A stretch of DNA of 12,406 nucleotides from Prevotella sp. Lineage in GTDB: Bacteria; Bacteroidota; Bacteroidia; Bacteroidales; Dysgonomonadaceae. Positions 7,485 to 12,406 of this stretch are shown here, piece by piece. The DNA is taken from positions 1 through 12,406 of the forward strand of contig JAITVV010000033.1 in the NCBI GenBank assembly GCA_031285625.1, in the 5' to 3' direction. Numbering within the stretch: the stretch's first letter is position 1; each line of letters opens with the position of its first letter. The position numbers and the translations under genes are program-made. Under the pieces are notes generated by a model. The model was not told where the DNA came from and did not search any database. It saw nothing but the letters and a program-made list of their open reading frames with translations.

Positions 7485-8249
7485 ATGGATTCTTTTTTAG
7501 AGCAACAATACATAGATTTAAAAAGTGCAGCTCCAATTTCACATAGAGCTAATATATTGTATAATATAGCCTATATAAAGAATCGTTACCCTCACTTGAT
7601 AAATTATCATCAGACTTTATACCTTGATATTAAATTGTATATCACATATTATGTTAAAGATATTGGCAAGAATGACTATGGATATGATGTATTGAATATT
7701 GAAAAATTTTATATAATAAGGTTATTGCAACCTGAACAACAACTCGAATTATATAGGTTCACTCAAAGAAGCTTAAAAAAAGCGAATTACAAAACTGATT
7801 GGATAGTAAAAGAGATGTGCCTTTCTGAGAAAATGTTATTAAAAAAGAATCTCAAAAACAATTCATGCAGATGTATAAATGATTTAAAAAAATATTTTAT
7901 TGATTTCTTCAAACTAATGAGAGTAATGAGTATTCAAAATTTGCTTTCATTACTAATATCATTATTAATATTTTTCATTCTCTTATCTGTTATTTTACTT
8001 CCTTCTCCATTTGATGCAACAGAATTATTTTCTATTGAGTATTATTCATTTAGTGATTACTATATTATAAACCATTTTTGTAATGTTATAAATTATTCAT
8101 TTGATATTGTCCCTGATACAACAAAAATAATCCCATTAAATTGGTTGGGCCTATTATTGTTTGTTATTGCTAAAATATTCTTTTTTGTCCTGATAGTAGA
8201 TTTTGTTATTAAAAATATATTGAAACGTATATCTGTAGATTATGAATAA
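7485..8249 (+). CDS. Hypothetical membrane protein: helical N-terminal domain plus C-terminal TM-loop-TM region resembling a degenerate 2TM/P-loop channel domain
   Basis: TM LLSLLISLLIFFILLSVILLP, then YSFSDYY...YSFDIVPDTTKIIPLNWLG, then TM LLLFVIAKIFFFVLIVDFVI. No GYG filter. Confidence 0.7.
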   Translation: MDSFLEQQYIDLKSAAPISHRANILYNIAYIKNRYPHLINYHQTLYLDIKLYITYYVKDIGKNDYGYDVLNIEKFYIIRLLQPEQQLELYRFTQRSLKKANYKTDWIVKEMCLSEKMLLKKNLKNNSCRCINDLKKYFIDFFKLMRVMSIQNLLSLLISLLIFFILLSVILLPSPFDATELFSIEYYSFSDYYIINHFCNVINYSFDIVPDTTKIIPLNWLGLLLFVIAKIFFFVLIVDFVIKNILKRISVDYE

Positions 8250-9936
8250 GGCTAAAAATTTAATAGAGTTTTATCAAAAGAAAATCAATTCTGTTATTTT
8301 CAGAGTCTTACTTTCTTTATATAGTATTTATTTAATTTATATATATGATGACATTATCCCAGGTTGGATTTGTGTTGTTATTTCCGTATTATACCCAATA
8401 ATTGTTTTTGGTCTTTTAAGTCGATATACAAAGCTAAGATTGTTTATTGACTTTATATTTATATTTTTGATAATATCATATAAGCCTATTTTAAATATTG
8501 ATGCTTATTTCTTCACTTTATTACCAATAATAAATAATGTAAATTTTACAGGAAGAAAGAGAAGTTACTTTCTTCTATACGGCATGACTATTTTGTTAAT
8601 TATGACAGCCTCTTATATTTCTTATCAAAAATTGATATATATTCAATATATTCCACCACTATTGTTTTTGATATTAATTAACGCCTATACTGATACTCGT
8701 GCAAAATATAAATATTTTATTGAAAGATTGGTAGGGCAAGTAGATGAATTTTACACGAATTCAGAGATGATATCTAAGCCATATGAAGTTTATAAGGGAG
8801 TTATTGATGAAATTAATCTTTTCTTTAAAAAAGAAATTGTAGATTCTATAATATGTTTTACAAGATTAGCAGAATATAATAAATATGTTATGGTAAATGC
8901 TTCTAAAACAGTAATAGAATATTCATTTACTAATACAGATGAATTAGATGATATACAAGAAAAAATAGTTAAAACAAACATAGAAATTATAGTTAATGGT
9001 AATAGTTATAAAAGGAACTATGTTTATTTCTTATCAATCCTTTCCACAGAATATTTATTTATTCTGAATCTAAAAAGACCTTTTCCTTTTTACTACAACC
9101 TGATATCTGGTAATTTACTTTTCTCCCAATTTTTTAAAAAATATTCAAAACTTTTATTAAGTGAGAAAAAAATGATGGATATTGAACGAAATAGGAAGAA
9201 AGAACTTTCTAACATTGTTAAATTCGCACATAATTCAGCAACCACAATGCATTTTATAAGAAATAGGTTTTCTTCACCTTCGAACTTAGCTGCAATAATA
9301 AAGCGTATAATTACAGAGATACCAACAAAATACAGAGCTTTAGTAGAAAAAGAAATAAAAACAACCGAGCATGAATTAGAAAGTTTAAAGAGAAAAGCTG
9401 AATATCTTTTAAATAAAGATAATAATCCTATTAGTATGTCGAACTCTGAATATTTAGATGTTGTACAAGTGTTTACCCTACTAAGAAAAAATTGGAATTT
9501 CTATTTCCCTAATTTAAGTATAGGTGTAAAAAATAATTTGAATATTGATATCTTAGATAATTCTTTAAGAATAAAGACAAATGTTGATGGATTTGAATTA
9601 ATTTTAACTGATTGGATTTCAAATATGAAGAAATATTCTATGAATGAAAAATATCTTTCATTAAATTTTATTATGGAATCTGATATGTTAGTTTTAAGAT
9701 TTACTAATGCTCACAACTTATCTAAAGAAGATATGTTATCTTTAAAGCGTGCTATAAATACTGATGACAGGACAGAAATCGAAAGACGTAAGACTCATGG
9801 TATATATAGTATAAAACAAATAGCTATTCCATTAAAAATAATAACATATCTTGATGATGGAGTTGCTTCTAATGATGATAAGATAAGGCTTCTCAATTTT
9901 CATATTATTTTAAAATTTGAGTCAAATGGAAATTAG
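8242..9936 (+). CDS. Atypical membrane-bound sensor histidine kinase-like protein
   Basis: About 5-6 N-terminal TM segments, possible GAF-like middle region, coiled coil, H-box-like TTMH337FIRNRFSSP, N-box-like LILTDWISN461MKKYS and degenerate G2 KTHG520IYSIKQI; adjacent receiver gene. Confidence 0.72.
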   Translation: MNKAKNLIEFYQKKINSVIFRVLLSLYSIYLIYIYDDIIPGWICVVISVLYPIIVFGLLSRYTKLRLFIDFIFIFLIISYKPILNIDAYFFTLLPIINNVNFTGRKRSYFLLYGMTILLIMTASYISYQKLIYIQYIPPLLFLILINAYTDTRAKYKYFIERLVGQVDEFYTNSEMISKPYEVYKGVIDEINLFFKKEIVDSIICFTRLAEYNKYVMVNASKTVIEYSFTNTDELDDIQEKIVKTNIEIIVNGNSYKRNYVYFLSILSTEYLFILNLKRPFPFYYNLISGNLLFSQFFKKYSKLLLSEKKMMDIERNRKKELSNIVKFAHNSATTMHFIRNRFSSPSNLAAIIKRIITEIPTKYRALVEKEIKTTEHELESLKRKAEYLLNKDNNPISMSNSEYLDVVQVFTLLRKNWNFYFPNLSIGVKNNLNIDILDNSLRIKTNVDGFELILTDWISNMKKYSMNEKYLSLNFIMESDMLVLRFTNAHNLSKEDMLSLKRAINTDDRTEIERRKTHGIYSIKQIAIPLKIITYLDDGVASNDDKIRLLNFHIILKFESNGN

Positions 9937-10318
9937 TATATTAGTTATAGAAAATGAATTCAATTCAATAAAAGGAGCTTTTGAAGCTGCTAATTTATTT
10001 GATTTTGATTCTAAATTGAAAGTGAAAAATCTTGATAAGGCTCAGGATATCAATTTTGATGAATTAAATTCATATGATGTTATTTTCTTAGATATTAGCT
10101 TAGCTATAAAAAGTGAACTTGATGGCTTTGGAATAATTCAAAAAATTAAGACTTTGAATAATAGTAATGATATTTTATCAAAGATTGTAATTATAACAGG
10201 AGACTTTGAAATTGATAAAAAGATGGAAGAAAAGCATCTTAATCTACCTATTTTGAAAAAACATATTAATTTTAATGATATTACAAAGATGATAAAACAG
10301 ATTGTGAAAAATGATTAA
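9926..10318 (+). CDS. Single-domain response regulator (CheY-like receiver)
   Basis: ILVIENE, YDVIFLDISL (phosphoacceptor Asp), DGFGII, IVIITG and ILKK; no output domain. ATG at 9926 preferred over TTG at 9917; overlaps the kinase stop by 11 nt. Confidence 0.88.
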   Translation: MEISILVIENEFNSIKGAFEAANLFDFDSKLKVKNLDKAQDINFDELNSYDVIFLDISLAIKSELDGFGIIQKIKTLNNSNDILSKIVIITGDFEIDKKMEEKHLNLPILKKHINFNDITKMIKQIVKND

Positions 10319-10343
10319 TTATATTCATGAAATAATATACTTG

Positions 10344-10376
10344 AAAGTTGCTGTATAGCAACTTTTTTCTTTTTTA
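10344..10376 (+). terminator. Intrinsic terminator closing the three-gene operon
   Basis: AAAGTTGCT-GTAT-AGCAACTTT followed by TTTCTTTTTT. Confidence 0.85.
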
Positions 10377-10486
10377 TAAAATATTTTCAACAACTATTTA
10401 CTTTCCTTACTGTACTTATATATTTAATTATATATAGACTGTACCATAGTGTACCTAAAAATAATAAGATTATAAATTTAAAATTA

Positions 10487-11632
10487 ATGGCAAATGAGAA
10501 GAAAAGAAAACAATACCCAAAAGCAACAATACAGTTAGATAAGTTAGTTCTTTGTTGTACATCAATGATAGAAGATAATTTCAATGATGCAATTAAGTAT
10601 TACCCAGAGGAATCAATAAAGCCGTCCCACACATTCGGGGAAACAACACTAATACAAACCATAGACAAAAGCAGAAGATACAGATACAGTTATAATGTGA
10701 ACTATGGAGACCACCAGATGGGGCGAATTGATTTTTGCATGTTTGGGCAGTCACATAGAGACGAAATCTGGTTTTCAATTAGTAACATGGTCTTTTATAA
10801 TGGAACATCCCAGTTCTTACCCCAGATATTTACAGACCTGAATTTGAAACTAAACAATATCACCAGATTAGAAATTGCATTAGATAGTTACCATTTTAAC
10901 CATGAACAAGTTTTACGCAGGAACATCAGGAACAAGGAGAATGCGATAAAGCTAATGAATAAATTCATAGATAGAGAAGCAAGAACATCAAGAATAAAGT
11001 ATTGGAACTATGGAAGTCCTAATAATCCTTATAATGTTCGTACTATCTATATCCAGAACGAAAGACTTATCAATTATCCGAAGAAAGGACAACGCAATAT
11101 AGAGCAAAACAACTCAGGCAAGACCAGCGCAAGAAAATCGACTATTGAACTTGCAGCGTACAACAAATTGGAAGAAATAAAAGATTTTTCGCCTCACAAA
11201 ACTTATATATTGGATTACCATAAAAAACATAACCCAAAATTCAAGAATATTCACAGACAAGAAATTCGTTTGGAATCAGAAGAATTGAAAAGATATGAAA
11301 AGAAGCATAAGAAACCGATTACCTTATTAGATTTATTGAATAAAGAGTTTTTATATAACATGTTTACTGAATACTATGATAGAATAATAGTTATCAAGAA
11401 TAGCAAAAAAGAAAAGATTCAATTATATCCAGTACCATGTTTAGATTCGTGCGAGGGTAAATTACCACTTCCCCTCCCAGATACATTATTGTATACCCAA
11501 CAATCAGATAATAAGATTAATGCCAATATAAATTTTAATAAAATAAAAGATAGTATTATAAATGAATATAAAGAGATAAAATATAGACATGAAATATTTA
11601 TAAATAAGATAAGTAACAATATCCATTTATAA
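10487..11632 (+). CDS. Rep_trans-like (replication initiation factor) rolling-circle initiator/relaxase
   Basis: Ordered motifs IQLDKLVL, ITRLEIALD, RTIYI, AAY225NKLEE and IHRQEIRL match the Rep_trans pattern (D.l.., RiDiAlD, T.Yi, YdK..E, R.E.rl). Confidence 0.7.
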   Translation: MANEKKRKQYPKATIQLDKLVLCCTSMIEDNFNDAIKYYPEESIKPSHTFGETTLIQTIDKSRRYRYSYNVNYGDHQMGRIDFCMFGQSHRDEIWFSISNMVFYNGTSQFLPQIFTDLNLKLNNITRLEIALDSYHFNHEQVLRRNIRNKENAIKLMNKFIDREARTSRIKYWNYGSPNNPYNVRTIYIQNERLINYPKKGQRNIEQNNSGKTSARKSTIELAAYNKLEEIKDFSPHKTYILDYHKKHNPKFKNIHRQEIRLESEELKRYEKKHKKPITLLDLLNKEFLYNMFTEYYDRIIVIKNSKKEKIQLYPVPCLDSCEGKLPLPLPDTLLYTQQSDNKINANINFNKIKDSIINEYKEIKYRHEIFINKISNNIHL

Positions 11633-11650
11633 AATTTATAATAATAGTAT

Positions 11651-11806
11651 ATGAGAACAAATAGAAAACTATCAGAAGAACATAAGCAAAAGATAAGCGA
11701 GGCAATGAAAGGGACCAGAAACCCAAATTACGGAAAGACCTTTTCAGCAAGCCATCGCCAGAAAATCAGTGCAAGTTTATTAAATTATTGGTCGAAATTG
11801 GAGTAA
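11651..11806 (+). CDS. 51-aa NUMOD3-motif DNA-binding mini-protein (not in ORF track)
   Basis: Hand translation MRTNRKLSEEHKQKISEAMKGTRNPNYGKTFSASHRQKISASLLNYWSKLE*; SEEHKQKISEAMKG..NPNYGK..S..HRQKIS is the NUMOD3 pattern. Starts 18 nt after the rep stop. Confidence 0.85.
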   Translation: MRTNRKLSEEHKQKISEAMKGTRNPNYGKTFSASHRQKISASLLNYWSKLE

Positions 11807-11913
11807 TTTTACACGTTTGCCAATAACCATTTTCGGGAAAGCCTTTATTTACGTTGAAAATGCGGTTTATTCATTATCTCGCATTCGGATTTGAAAAATT
11901 TGTGTGAAAATAA

Positions 11914-11956
11914 AAGTGTGTCAATATAATCTATAAGTCGATATATTGACACACTT
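11914..11956. repeat. Perfect 15-bp inverted repeat
   Basis: AAGTGTGTCAATATA-N13-TATATTGACACACTT between convergent genes. Confidence 0.9.
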
Positions 11957-11995
11957 AGTTTTGTATCAGTTTAATTTAAAAGGTTAAATTGAATC

Positions 11996-12232
11996 TTATT
12001 TTCTGTACGACTGTCTTAAATCTTCATCTTCTAAAATTTTTTCTCTACGTCTATCTTCTGTATCACCTAAGAGAAGTAATATTACAATTCCAAGTATAAA
12101 TGAGAAAACAAACGAAAAAACATACCATCCAAAAGGACTTCTACCTCGCTTTTCAGCCATGAATGAAGGTATAAGTGCAGGCAATCCCCACAGTAAACCC
12201 AAAACACATAAACTTAAAAATCCACTATCCAT
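11996..12232 (-). CDS. Small two-TM membrane protein with charged C-terminal tail
   Basis: Hydrophobic N-terminus, AEKRGRSPFGW linker, second TM and acidic/basic tail; ATG start. Confidence 0.75.
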   Translation of the reverse strand: MDSGFLSLCVLGLLWGLPALIPSFMAEKRGRSPFGWYVFSFVFSFILGIVILLLLGDTEDRRREKILEDEDLRQSYRK

Positions 12233-12396
12233 AACATATTATGTATATATTATCTATCAGTCCCAAATAGATTGGTTATAAATAAGAAGCTCTAAGTTTG
12301 CAGAAGCAAGATAAGAGATCGGAAATTTATCTTAAAAATGCCAAGCGAGGCGAATAAATACCTCTGTATCTTATCACAATAGAATATCGGTCTTAT

Positions 12397-12404
12397 TACC
12401 TTTG
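12397..12404 (+). promoter_or_regulatory. Putative -7 element (TACCTTTG) for a gene beyond the window
   Basis: TAnnTTTG match in intergenic DNA at the window edge. Confidence 0.4.
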
Positions 12405-12406
12405 TC

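Larger units (their letters stand above)
7305..12406. mobile_element. Putative acquired AT-rich island or integrated element (right end not seen)
   Basis: Abrupt composition change (line 8281-8340 has 10/60 G+C versus 23/60 in line 841-900), Rep_trans-like gene, NUMOD3 ORF and orphan cargo. No integrase in the window; boundary approximate. Confidence 0.65.

Noticed and set aside
7485-8249. Calling this ORF a potassium channel
   Set aside because: No TxGYG selectivity filter.
11453-11476. GC-rich dyad inside the 3' part of rep (GAGGG...CCCTC; GGTAA-A-TTACC) as a double-strand origin
   Set aside because: Stems are only 5 bp, the two dyads overlap, and no known nick-site consensus is recognisable.
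8790-11619. Minus-strand ORFs 8790-8981, 10387-10584, 10593-10778 and 11419-11619
   Set aside because: Antisense shadows of the kinase and rep genes in AT-rich DNA.
10487-11806. Homing endonuclease or group I intron suggested by NUMOD3
   Set aside because: No GIY-YIG, HNH or LAGLIDADG motif in the rep ORF or the mini-ORF, and no interrupted host gene.

Overview
Bacteroidota-type chromosomal window (TAnnTTTG promoter motifs, lipoprotein export signal; a Dysgonomonas/Parabacteroides-like host is inference). Bases 1-7250 hold mostly housekeeping-type genes: U32/RlhA-type hydroxylase, VanZ-family protein, TlpA-type thioredoxin, SUKH (SMI1/KNR4) protein, stand-alone hisH, a surface lipoprotein, a small hypothetical and an acyltransferase-3. 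Three consecutive intergenic spacers in this part share a degenerate 52-bp core (2212, 3254, 3863), and two copies exactly bracket the SUKH gene like a cassette. From about 7300 the DNA turns sharply AT-rich and looks acquired. It carries a coupled three-gene operon (2TM/P-loop-like membrane protein, atypical membrane histidine kinase, output-less receiver), a Rep_trans-type rolling-circle initiator, a 51-aa NUMOD3 mini-ORF absent from the ORF track, a perfect 15-bp inverted repeat and a small membrane protein. All family calls are by-eye motif recognition; no searches were run.
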